NCBI RefSeq assembly: GCF_002105155.1
Contig: NW_019029009.1
Coordinates: 310,001-374,000, forward strand
Length of the DNA: 64,000 nt
Direction of reading: 5' to 3'
Origin: Lobosporangium transversale
Taxonomy: Eukaryota
Made by a program: the position numbers and the translations under genes. The notes beneath the pieces are model-generated. The model made no database searches, was not told the origin of the DNA, and worked only from the letters and a program-made list of their open reading frames with translations. Below are positions 1 to 12,245 of the stretch, in pieces (the first letter of the stretch is position 1; each line of letters opens with the position of its first letter).

Positions 1-113
1 GATTCTGTAAGATTTTTTGACGCTAGCGTAAATGACGCGCAATGTTATTGAAATGAGCTGGAAAACAAAGCCAAGGTAATCGGTTCTATTTGGTCTATAA
101 TAGTATGATCAAT

Positions 114-148
<35 letters not shown>

Positions 149-957
149 GATTCGTGTCTGTATATTCTCCGTGTCAAATAAACAAAAAAGAAAAAATAAT
201 CATAAAAAGACTATCAACATTGATATCTCTGTATATCTGTATAATGATTGATAACAAAGAACTAGAAGCTTGAATGTAGAAAGAACTTCCATATTCTGCG
301 ACGTTAAAGTTTCTTTCGGACGACAGATATTCCTTTTGCTCTCTTTGAAAAGGAAATAAAAAAACGTCGCTTATAGAAACTGAAGGGAAAAAAAAAAAGT
401 TATATGTACTATTGCATGCAGCCATACGCCATGAATAATATTATTCATTAAAAATAAAATAACAAAGGTTTTTTGTACGCAACTAAATATTAAACATTAA
501 ATCCTCTCCTCTCTAATGGTGTGTATAAATTTAAACCGTGGGCTCAGTCATCAGCGAATATCCACAATGTCGCACAACATTCTGCTTCATCCCTTCTGGT
601 AGGTTTATCACAGCAGGGAGGAATTCGCTGAGTTGGGGATTGCTCTAGAAGCTTAGAAAAAAAAAAAAAAAAAAAAAAGGATGACACATTTTATAATCTG
701 CTTTTGACTTTCTGTCTTTGTTCCATTGAGATTATCTTGTGAATGCTCGTGTTGTATATGTGCTCTACCAAAAATAAAAGGCAAGACGCTCGTCAAAAAC
801 TTAACCAAAGCAGATTCAAAGATTGTGTGTATCCTTCTTGTGCATGTTTTAAGAATAGCATCCAGTGAGAAGAACGCGATGGAATGTAGAGGAAGATGGC
901 GCTGACCAAGCAATGCGTCTATGAACGCCCAATTTTAAAAAGGATATGCGAGCCGGG

Positions 958-989
<32 letters not shown>

Positions 990-2367
990 AACGACGACAA
1001 GGGAAGATCTAATGGGCTAAAGTGCTTTCGGAGGATGAGCCCTGTTTGATGTGGTAAGGATATCTTTACTTGGCTGTAGCCATAGAAGAGAAATGAAATA
1101 TAATCAGATAGATCTTTGATGAGTACTGGAAGAAAGATCACAAAGAGTTCTTAAAAGGGCAATTGACCTCTCTCTCTCTCTTTTTTTTGAGGCATTACGT
1201 TGTGCAAGTTCAACAATTGTTGTGGTTGTGTCGAGTTGTAATTAGCAAAGGGCACAGAACAAAGGAACGAAAGGCGCTAGTAAACTAGTAAAGCCCCTCC
1301 TTTTGTGCTGGCTGGCTCACTGTTTTTTTTTTTTTTTTTTTTTACTGTTGCTGCCAATCTCATCTGTCTCAAAGTCTTCTAATGTTTACATTGTAGTTCA
1401 GTCAGGATGACAACAGCAAGGAAGGAAGCAGATGGCGATGGTCTAAAAGTAGGTCAGCATTTGTACTTTGTTGTTGCACCAAAAGTCATTTGAGAGAAAG
1501 TAATTACTGAACAATGAACACAAGGACACATGGGCGTGGAGCGCATTAAAGGAAGACATTTTGGCATTTGTCTGTGTGAAAAATATCTGTTTGGCAATGA
1601 ATCCATTGCATCTTCATCTCATCGTTTTTTATTATCCCTTACCTCTTCATCACCACATCTCATTAGGCAATGAATGATGTTCTGTAAGAAATAATGTGCA
1701 ATGGTGTGTCAAGTAACAAAAAAAAAAGGGTTCATTAGGTTCTCGCTCCTCTTTCTTTCTTTTTCCAATCTTTTTCTCTTTTTCTTTGTCTTTTATTTTT
1801 TTGATGCTCCTCTGTTTCTGCTCTGATTCTGGCTTTTTGCTCTTTCTCTTTCTGGCTGATTCTGTTCGTCTGTCTCTCCACGGCTCTCTTGCACGAGCAC
1901 CACATCCGCACTATCTCTTTCTCTATCTCCATCTCATACACCCCATACACACCCTCTTTTACTTTTTTGTCTTTTTTATTCTTTTTATTCTTTTTTATTT
2001 TTTTATTTTTTAATCCTTTTTCTCTCATCCCGACATCTTCTTCTTCTTCTGCCGCCATCTTCTTTTCCTCCATCCTGTCTTGCCAGTCTCTCGACATCTC
2101 ACGCCTCTCACGCTCCATTCCCTTCGCGTTCCAATCGCTCCTGTTGTTGTTCCATTCCACGACTTTACCACACCACTCTTTCTCTCGACATTAACTTTTA
2201 TTCTTGTTTCTTTCATCGTCCCGCCTTTTCTCCTTGTGCTCTTATTATTGTTTTTTATTTTTTATTTTTTATTTTCTTTATTTTAATACTCCGAGCCACC
2301 TCTCACACATTACTTGTCATCCAGTCATCCAGCACCCTGCACTCATTTCAACAAAGCTCATCATCTC

Positions 2368-5300
2368 ATGGAGGACCAAGATCCCGTATGTTTGGGTTGC
2401 CATCGCTCCATTGAAGAAGGCAGTGTTGTAGCCTTTGGAGAAGGTTTGTGGCATGTGCAATGGCAAGTAATTATATTTATACTATTTTTCTTTATATCAT
2501 AAGCTTGAACAAAGAGAAAGAGAAACACACCATTGGAGCACACCATCTCTTCTAATTCTGTACCTGAACTAGGGAGGCACAAGCCAGTTGGTCCGAGTGG
2601 TGCTTCTTTTTTTATATTTTTTGTGTGCCTAACTAAGAAACACATTGATGTTATATACACCATGCATTGGGATGCAATTGTCTAATGTACCAATATCAAT
2701 ATCCGCGTGGATAAATGTACCCTTTTTTTATGTTGTTATTGTTTTTGGTGGAATAAGCAACATATGCATCGTACATGTTCATTCTTCCACAACTCCTTAA
2801 TTGCTACTCACCTTGGAACATCAACTGAAGAAGAAAGAGAAGAGTCATATCAGACAATGAGTTTCTTGTCCTGCGGTCAGGATAGAATGAATTGCCAGCC
2901 AGGATCTGGGGTTCCATGCACAGACACTAATTGTTGATCGTTTCATTTTATTTTTATTTTTATTTTTTTTATTTTTTTATTATTATTATTATTATTATCA
3001 TATTATTATACTTCTTGGTACCTCTGCGCCTGTACCTGGATGTATATCTTCTATCCGACAACTTTGCCATTTGCTGTCCTTCAAACCTTCCATCTGCCTG
3101 TTTGTCTGCCCCGCCAAATCATGCCTATGTCTGTTGCTTGATCTCCATCTGGATTCGGACCTACTCCATAACTTCATCCAATCTTTCTCTTCCCCTTTCT
3201 CTTTTTTGTCCTCCTATCCATTGCTTGAATACTTGTTTGTTGTCTCCACTTTAATAGCTTCCGATGTGCAAAGTGCAAGAATAGGGTCGAGTGCGACAGT
3301 AATTTACTGCTACTCTCGGATGGTTCTCCTATCTGTGAGCAATGCTCCTATAGCTGCAGTGCTTGTCGGAGACCTATCCTAGATGAGGCTATCATGACAG
3401 GTAAGGTTAATATTCACTTTTCTTTTGATCAAGTCTACAAAGAGCAAAGGAGAAGCCTAAATCGCTCTTGTAACTCTGGAGTAAGAGGAGAGATGGTAGC
3501 CATCATGACATTTGAGAGTCAGATACTCCTACTTTAAGGGGAAGAAGCATACGAGACGAGAACCTCATTCTTCCATACTCACTTACCTTTTTTTTTCTTC
3601 CCTCCTCTCTTTACTATGAAATACAGGTGATGAGGCATACCATGCTGATTGTTTTCGATGCTCTCAATGTGATGCCAAGATTGAGGATCTGGTGTTCGCA
3701 AAGACATCTCAGGGTATCTACTGTATGAAATGTCATCAGGAACGGAAAGAAGCCAAACGTCAGCGGGAAGAACGTGAACGCATGGAAAGAGCGGAGCGAG
3801 CCTTAGAAAAGTCGCTGCCAACGATCCCAGAATCAGAAGTATGTTCGCAAAGAAAGGATCTATGGATATTAAAAACGGCTTTTTTATTTTCATCCGAACA
3901 ATCCTTTCTCCTTTTTCTCCATATTGCTCGTGCATCACGCATTTCTCTCTCCTTTTTCTTTTTTTTTTTTTTTTTCACAAGCTCTTTGCTCTTTCCATTC
4001 GGTTGGACTAACACACCATTTCTATCATCTCTTGTTTCCTAGATGCAACAGCAAAAGCATCCTTCAACTATCAATCCCTCTAGACCCACTAATCTCCTTC
4101 CAGAGAGACATCATCACCAAGAGACTCCACGCACATATCATGACTTGCCAAGGATTCCTCAACCTACTCCATCCAACTATCATGGCACTCATTCAAACAA
4201 TAATACCCCACCAGTACCATCACCTCGGCTTGAATCCACTTCAAAACCTGTTCCTAACCTCCCTACCACTGGAAGCGCACTTCCTTCAGTCGATATTGGA
4301 CCACCATTCTTACCACCACTTGCGTTTGGCCTAGATGACATTGTACCAAGTGGATTTGACCTAGGAGATATGTTGAGTGGCTCTGAAAAGGATAGCAAGG
4401 AAGCCTCTCCATCAATGCCCTCCACTCCTTCATCTAAGGATATCCAACTCGTTAATGGACAAGATGCCAGCTCCTATAGACTCAGTATCGCTCGAGCTGA
4501 CGCACAACTGAGCTCAACATCTCTGAACAATAGCGACAAGTCTAGTTTGAATGGGGGCAGCAAGACACCTTTAGAAAGTCCCAACTCCAGTACCTCCTCC
4601 GGTAGCAAGCGCATCTCGGATCGCTTTATGAACAGCTCAATATCCGCATCTCCTACTGTTGAGAACATGGAGGTAAACCCAAGACATTTGCGTATAGAAT
4701 TTCAAACAAATTCGTTCCTCAGGCTCACCATAAATAGGATCTGTAGATTACAGCGCCTCCTTCCCTGCCTCCTGATGATTTTAATGTTCTAGATGACTAA
4801 CAATTTTTGTTATAAATACGATCCTATTTTAGGATATGATGAATCCGGCTGAGGCTGCTGTGCTGATCCGTGAGCTGCGCCTCGAACTGGCCAAGTATAA
4901 CCCGATGAGTCCTTTAATTCATGGAACCCCTCAACAGGAGTATGGTCTTTTGGCTGAGAAGACTGAGAAGTTGAACCAAAAACATGCGCAGTTGGAGAAA
5001 GCTATTCGCGACCTGTATATCGAAAAGGATCTTCTTGGAATGGATCTTGAGGCTATGAACGAAGAATTAAAGTAAGTTTTTTTGTTGTTGTTGTGCCTAA
5101 ACAATGTGAATCAAAGTAAATAAATGCGAGACATGATTTGGATTGACAGCTGACTATTTTTTTTTAACGCTATAATAGAGCCAAGAGTGAGGCGCTTGCA
5201 AGCAACAGTGCCGATAAACTTCAGCCTACAGCGTCATCCAATCCTCGTATGAGTACAAGCCACGACCTGATGAAGCAAGCATACCAAGTGGAGGTCAAGG

Positions 5301-7319
5301 CTCTTCAGGAGCAAAAAGAGCGTCTCCAGCGTGAGATTCAAACCTATGTCGAGCAACGTGATGGCGTCCTAGACGAGATGCAGATTCTGAGCGTACGAAA
5401 TGCTGAACTATCTGCTATGAATAATGACATGATGAGAGAACTGCAAGAACGCAGGCCTGGACCTCCAGTTGCACCATCTTCAGCTGCAAATAGCGGTGGC
5501 GGAAGTATGTTCTCCCTAGGCAAGATGAGGAGACAACGGCAAGCGAGTGGAGGAAACCAGCAAGAGCTTAAGGCATCACAGTTAACTGTCGCCCGTAGCA
5601 GCGATTCTACCTACTCATTCAACTCGACCCACTCTGATGAACAAGGTCGCCCGTCATCGAAAGGCAAAAAGTCTGACGAAATCCAAGAAGATATTTTTGG
5701 AGAGGAGATTGTCGCTCCCAAGAAGTTCAACTGGAAGAAGGGTACCATGAACACGCTTTACACAGGCGTTGGCACGGTCCGATCTGTTGGAGCCATGTTT
5801 GGAAAGCTTATTGTAGAAGGACCCAGTACAGGATTGGACGTCCCCAATAATAAGGCCAATACAGGAATGTTGACAGATAATGGAAGCTCCAACAGTCAGG
5901 TTCTCCCACCAACAAGATCATTCTCTGTGAACAGCGAGACTGGCTCTCTTAACGGACGCATCCCAGAGCTGCATCACTTTATTCAGCACAATTACTCCAA
6001 GCCAACACGCTGCGAGTATTGCGATGAGAAGCTTCGAGGCCGTGAATACAAATGTCGTAGTAAGTTCCTTATTTTAAATGTAATATGCTAGATAATGATG
6101 TGAAAGAATCTAATTTTTTTTTCTCCTTCTAACTCTTCTTCTTCTTTACCATTAGCCTGTGGGTTCCAGATCCATGGACGCTGCACGCACGAGTCTGTGC
6201 CTTCATGTCCAGGCAAGCCCAAGGATTCAGATTCCTCGAGCATTCGTGGTGTCAATTCTAGCGCAGGAAGCGGTCACGGACTCCCACCTACGCCCCCTAC
6301 ACCGCCTGCTAAGCAGATCATGTTTGGTAACGGTCTTGTTGACCAACTGGAGATTGAGCAACGAACCATCCCACTTGTTGTTGAAAAATGCATTGAGGCT
6401 GTTGATGAGCGTGGCTTGGACGTCGAGGGTATTTACCGTCGTTCTGGTATGGCTGCAGAGGCAAGGCAGCTGGTACAGGCATACGATATTGGAGTTTATC
6501 CTGACCTTATGGATGAGTCGCTCTATCAAGATATCTGTTCGATTACGTCTGTCCTGAAACAGTATCTCCGCAGTTTGCCTGAGCCTCTTGTTCCTTTTGA
6601 TCTTTATGATGAGTTTATGGAGGCCATTGCGCTGCCGCACGGGGAGTCCAAGTATCAAGTCTTCCGGGATTTGTTGGCACGTATGCATGTCGCTCATTAT
6701 GAGACTCTTAGGACTTTGCTCCATCATCTCAATAGGGTCACAGAGCATGAGAGTATCAACTTGATGACACCCAAGAACTTGTCTGTGGTCTTTGGTCCCA
6801 CTTTGATGCGAAATCCTGATCCTAGTCGCGAGATCATGGATATGGTTTACAAGAATATGACCATTGAATTTTTGATCGTCAATACGTCTGAACTTTTCGG
6901 TCCACCTGAGAAGCCAGCGATGAATGGCAACAAGAGCGAGATCAATGGTGGCGTCAGCGGACAGGCTTCACCAGGTGCTTCTACTGATGTGCCTGCAACA
7001 ACCCTATCTCCAATGACTCCACTTGCGTCTTCGCTTACGCCTCCATCAACGCAGGGACAAGGAGCAGTGACGATTGCGGCCGTCAATGGATTCCCTCACA
7101 ATTTTACGCGTCAGCGTCAAGGCTCCTTCAGTAGTTTGGGGCCACACAGTAACGTGCCGCCACCACAACCTCCTACCAGACGAATCGCTGGACATGCACC
7201 ATCGCCCGTGATGTCTCAGGAGAATGGCACTTTTATGCCTACATTGCCACCTAGGTCAAGTTCCGGTGAGGCTGTGCCAACATTGAGCCAATCACAGCCA
7301 CAGCAGCAGAACTATTACC

Positions 7320-7359
<40 letters not shown>

Positions 7360-7564
7360 GCAGCAGCAACAACTCTATCGGCCTCAACAGTTCATATCGC
7401 CTCAACCTCAGCAGCATCAAACCATTCAGCAGCTGAAGCAGCAACAACAACAAAGAGAGCAACAGCAGCGAGAACAACAGCAACAGCATGCAACATCGAA
7501 TATTGTGATTGAACAGCAGCAGCAGATGGCCAATCCTGAGGTTGACATGAGCAACTTCCCATAA
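2368..7564 (+). CDS. Rho GTPase-activating protein with two N-terminal LIM domains, coiled coil, C1 domain and RhoGAP domain (Rga1/Rga2-like); 7 exons, poly-Q tail
   Basis: Exons ~2368-2462, 3258-3400, 3627-3838, 4043-4672, 4833-5071, 5179-6059, 6156-7564. Spliced LIM motifs CLGC..WHVQCFRCAKC and CSAC..YHADCFRCSQC; C1 motif HHFIQHNYSKPTRCEYCDEK; RhoGAP motifs GLDVEGIYRRSG, VLKQYLRSLPEPL, NLMTPKNLSVVFGPTL. Confidence 0.92.
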
Positions 7565-7898
7565 GAAAGGGATTGAGGGAAAAAGCTGGATACTCTCTTT
7601 TTATTTTTTTTATTTTTTTTTTTATTTTTTTTTTTATTTTTTTTTTTTTTTTACATAGTCTCATACTCATTTCGCTTTCAATCTCTATTTTCTTTTTTCT
7701 TTTTTCTTTTTTTTTTCTTTTTTTTCTCACTTTTGTCATTCATCTTATACCAAGAAGAAAAAAAAAAAAACTTGTACACATAATAAAATATATTCACAAC
7801 GTGTAAAAAATGGAAAAGCAAGAAAGACCTATTTTTTTTTTTATAGTTTTATTATTTTATTTTGCTCATGAAGGAGGTCATTAATGTTTTTTATTTTT

Positions 7899-10419
7899 CT
7901 AACGTAGTTGAGTGGACCTTTGCTGAGGACTACTAAGACCTGTGGCTCCAACAGAAGGAGGAGGGTTGTAACCTGGGGGCAAAGGAGCATTAGGAAGAGA
8001 AGGAGAAGCGAAAGGATCATGGGTTGGCTGAGGATAAGTGACCTGAGACTTTTGTTGGGGCGGCGGAGCAAAATAACCAGCGGAGGAAGCAGGACCGACA
8101 GTGCTGCCAGTGACAAGAGGGCTGGCATATCCGTTTCCAGGATGAAGAGGTCCAGAGGTGAGGTCAGCAAGATTAGGAGACATCTGAAGAGCAGTCTGAT
8201 GATCCAAATACACGGGTTGAACAGCGATGGTGCCATCAGGCAAGTGTTGCATCAGATATTGGACGTTACCCTGAGCTTGACCACCCATGGCGGGGGAAGC
8301 GGCAGCGTTGCTCAACAAGAGTTCATCCATTCCATTATATGCACCAGCGTGAGTCATTCCAGGAGTTGAGATGATGGAACCATTGATGCTGGAGCTGCCA
8401 GCGGCCAAACGAGCCGATCTAGGGGAAGTAGGGGACTGACCGCCGTTGCCTGGTTTACTATTGCTTCCTTCGGGCCTCAACGAGGCCAAATAGGCTTCCT
8501 TCTCCATTTCAGCTTCCCTGATCTCAATCTGTTTCTGTCGACGCTTGTAAATAAAGAATGCAGCGATACAAGCAATGACGGAGGCCACGCCAATGACGAT
8601 CCCAATGATGGGGCCTATGCCTAATCCAGAATTGGAGCCGCCGGTCCCGGGGAGGGGTTGTGAAGTCGTGGTGGTGTCCTGTTTAGGAGCATAAGATTTC
8701 ATCCAAGTGGAGAGCATGACATCATAGACCTGAACATCCTTTCCGTACGCGATCTGGGGGGAGTTGAGGGCGACAGCGGCCATGCCTCCATAGACTACCA
8801 TGTTGGCGCCTGCAATATCACATGTATGTCCATGACGAGGTTGGTTTGAGTTTGTGGTCACGATCTGAGACCATGTCCAGGTGATGAGGTCCAGAGACCA
8901 GACATCGGAAAGAGAGAGTTTAGAGTTTCCATCATAGCCTCCAAAGATGATGACTTTATGGCTGGCAGTGATAACACTACAATGATCTTGGCGAGGTGGT
9001 GGAACCTGACCCAGAGTGAATTGAACGCCATGCGTGAGAGTATCTGGATTAGAGACGTCAATGTAGGGTAAACTCTGGAAAGATTGGTAACCTCGTCGAC
9101 CAGCTGTTGAACTGAAGCCTCCAAAGATATAGATCCTGTTATTAAAGATATGCGCTGTGCCAGAATTGAAATTGTTCAGTGCACCGCCATTGTTATTGTT
9201 GCTATTACTAGAAGGGATCAAGTTGGCAGTCCAGGTATTGTCCTGAAATCGATCAATCTCATTTGTGCTGCTACCATCAGGGAATGCTCCACCTAATAAC
9301 CAGGAGATACCCGAAGCAGGATCTGTTACAAAATTGGCTGCCTTTCTGCTCGCCCACTTTGAAGCTTGACTATTAAGGGAAAATAAAATATTTAAAAAAA
9401 AAAAAAAAAAAAAAAAAGCATATGTATAAATATACTTGTTATTAGAACCCAGGTACCAAGATTCAAAAACAAAAGAGCGGAAAAACATTTGTACAACCGT
9501 GAGCAACACACACACATAAGAGTTGAGTTGTGTGGTATTGTCATGAGAGCGATTTTCTTTCCTCTCTTTCTCTCTAATTGCAAATACTGTAGCAAATTCT
9601 AATTGTATTCTTCTGACCAATCACAAAAAGAAGATACGCAAGGACCTTCTCCTATTCATCCATCCAAGCCAAGGTCACCGCCACATGGAGGGGAGGAAAT
9701 GTCAAATTGGGTTCTTTTTTTCTTTGTTCCTGGGGGATGCGCAGTACAATACAATTGCCAACATTCCTTTGCTCACCCCTTCTTCTTTTTTTTTTTTTTT
9801 TTTTTTTTTCCTCTCTCCGCCTGCCTTTTTTTTTTTTTTTTGTTCATATATGACATGCATAAAATAAATAAAAAAAAGTAATAAACGGAAATTAAAAAAC
9901 TTACGCAGAAGGTGCTTCGATAGTAGACCAAGAACCTGCAGCAATGTTGTACTGGTACAAAAAGGGTGTTCCCTGTGATTCTGTGGGTGCGGTGACTAAG
10001 AGAGTGGTTCCATCCTTAGACATGGTCGCATCATGTCCCGAGACTGTGGGACCAGTCAAGGTACCACTGGAAGGAAGAGTCAAGTTGGTCCAAGCAGGAG
10101 AATGAACAGGCCAGGTCTTTGTGAGATCCAGGGAAAAGAGGTCGTTTGTGAATCTGACCGATCCTGTGTTGACTTGACCCCCTTGATAGAAGATAAAGTT
10201 TTTGTTGGCAGCAGAGGCAACGCCGACAAAGCCACTAGGAGCATTGATGGAGGATGCGGGTTGTGAAGGTGAAGGTGAAGATGAAGATGTTGTTGTTGGT
10301 CTAGTAGAAGGCGGTGTTGCTGTTGAACCTTGAGCATTAGAGGTGAGGAACATGTGAGAGGAGAGTGAGAGGGATAGAACGAGTCCTCGCAAGAGGCTCT
10401 GAGAGGAAAGGTTGACCAT
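7899..10419 (-). CDS. Type I membrane protein with Kelch/galactose-oxidase beta-propeller ectodomain (2 exons)
   Basis: Signal-peptide-like N-terminus; exon1 10419-9905 joins exon2 9369-7899 in frame (APSA|QASKW). Kelch repeats IYIFGG, VIIFGGYDG..SDVWSLD, RHGHTC..MVVYGG; TM IIGIVIGVASVIACIAAFFIY followed by KRRQK. Confidence 0.85.
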
Positions 10420-11156
10420 GATGATCGGGAGGGGGGGGGGGTTTTTTTTTTTTTCCTTTTCTTTTCTTTTTAATTCCCTTTTTGTTGTGCTGGTCTGGTA
10501 GTTTGTTACGAGAAAGAGAATAATAAAAGGAGAGAAGAATCTTTGTTTGCCTTTTTGTTCTTAGCGTGTCTTCTCGCAAGTTTTTTTTTCTATTCGAATT
10601 AGCCGTTAAAGGAAATAGGGCTGCACAGGATTGAACTAGCAGAAGCGTGAAATTAAGAAAATTATGCAGTGAAAAAGTTTTTTTTTTTTTAGTGAGTCGT
10701 AGAGAAAATCCAAAAAAAAAAAAAAAAAAAGGGAAAGAAGGAAAGAAAGGGAAGACAGAAAGGAAAGGAAGGGAAAGGAAGAATAGAAATGGATGATGGA
10801 GAGCAGAAAGGAGATGTTTGGGCTGTGGAGGAGAGAGAAAGTGGATTGTGACACAGAAAGGGAAGAGTAGAAAGAGGGCGTAGAAAGGAAAAAGATGGCA
10901 ATGATGTAAACAGAAGACTGGATGAAAGAAGATGAGTCGATTAGGAGGAATGAATGGAGAGAATGATCGTGCAGAGTGTGATGGAGGGGGGAGGGAAGAG
11001 AGTAAACCTTCAAAATGGAAAAACCTTTCTCTCACACATACCTTTTACTCCTTCTTTTAGGCGCCTGCCCAAGCCCTCGCTTTTTTTTTAAAAAAATGAG
11101 CATGGGCTGGACCGTTGAGGTAACTAGCCTGTTGTCCGCCTCCAGGAAAAAAAATA

Positions 11157-11253
11157 ATAATAAAAGAGCAAGGAGAGAAAGAGCATCAAAAAAAAAGATA
11201 TACAAATGGATATATTTCAGTTACAGTTAATGTCAATCGATCTCTTCCGATTC
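11157..11253. repeat. 97-bp segment whose inverted copy lies at 15446-15542 (outer arm of fold-back)
   Basis: ATAATAAAAGAGCAAGG...GATCTCTTCCGATTC is the reverse complement of 15446-15542, with 2 substitutions seen. Confidence 0.93.
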
Positions 11254-11365
11254 TGTAAACTCGTGCTTTTTCAATCTCTCTTGCTCATTCTTTGCTCTCA
11301 TCCTCACCCTCACCCTCATTTTTACTCTGACTCTCATTCTCACATCAGGTCTTTTTCCTTGCACG

Positions 11366-11384
11366 AGACAGAGACAGAGACAGA

Positions 11385-11449
<65 letters not shown>

Positions 11450-11457
11450 AGAGACAG
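11366..11457. repeat. Hexamer microsatellite (GACAGA)n/(GACAGG)n
   Basis: Directly visible tandem array. Confidence 0.95.
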
Positions 11458-11861
11458 AAAAAGAAAATAAAGAGATCGGTGTGATGTGGTGTTGGAGGAT
11501 GTGTGCAGAGATGCCTGAAAATTGATCCATTTCCACTCGTGAAGGAGGCTATAACTTTATTGGTCTCATTCTCATTAGTCAGTCTATTCGCACTACATCG
11601 ACAGAAAGTAGACAGTAGAAAGTAAACTTTTGGTGATAGACCGATACACCACACAATACACATACACTTTCTCTTTCCCTCGAGCCACCAAAAAAAAATT
11701 TATTAAATGCAAATGGTTTTTAATTCAACTCCAGCACTTTCAACATGATATGATAACAATAACAACGAATAACAATAACAAACAAAAAAAAAAAGAACGA
11801 ATGAAATGAAGGGAAAAGAGCCCTTTTTTGTCTGCCTTCCAACTTTTTTGCCTGTGCTTAT

Positions 11862-12245
11862 GCTGACGCAGGAAATGTGATAATAGAATTTTATTCACAA
11901 AACTCGATCTCAAATCAAGTAAAATCACTAAGCATATTAATAAGCGGGGGAAAAGAAAACTAGTCTAACAAGGATCCCCTCAGTAACAGCGAGCGAAGCA
12001 GATGTGAGCTCAAATTTAAAATGTAACCGGTTTACTGGCTCGAGTCGTAGTTTAAAGAGACGTTTTTGGTGGCAACCTGGATATAGATCCTTTGGAATAG
12101 GGTGTCATAGAGGGTGAGAATCACGTCGTTGACTCAGTGGATGCTACATACGTTTTCAAAGAGTCGGGTTGTTTGGGAATGTGGCTCAAAATGGGTGGTA
12201 AACTTCATCTAAAACTAAATATCGGCGAGAGACCGATACCGAACA
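11862..12245 (+). pseudogene. Decayed rDNA fragment: probable ITS2 3' end plus 5' end of 28S (LSU) rRNA through D1
   Basis: Conserved LSU blocks in the correct order: TCGATCTCAAATCAAGT, TAAGCATATTAATAAGCGG-GGAAAAGAAA, TAACAAGGATCCCCTCAGTAACAGCGAGCGAAGC, GAGCTCAAATTTAAAAT, GTCATAGAGGGTGAGAATC, AAGAGTCGGGTTGTTTGGGAAT, CTCAAAATGGGTGGTAAA, CATCTAAAACTAAATATCGGCGAGAGACCGATACCGAACA. Many substitutions and indels (the conserved ACCCGCTGAAC block is lost) and truncation at 12245. The ITS2 assignment of 11862-11903 is weaker. Confidence 0.9.

Noticed and set aside
540..560. Hammerhead ribozyme or C/D snoRNA (CTGATGA on the minus strand)
   Set aside because: No GAAA after a stem II, and the C- and D-like boxes are adjacent with no guide region.
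174..1141. Minus-strand ORFs at the window start as a gene
   Set aside because: No motif or consistent splice structure could be supported.
1735..2431. Phe/Lys-rich short ORFs here and throughout the window
   Set aside because: Artefacts of poly-A/T and CT-rich UTR or intergenic tracts.
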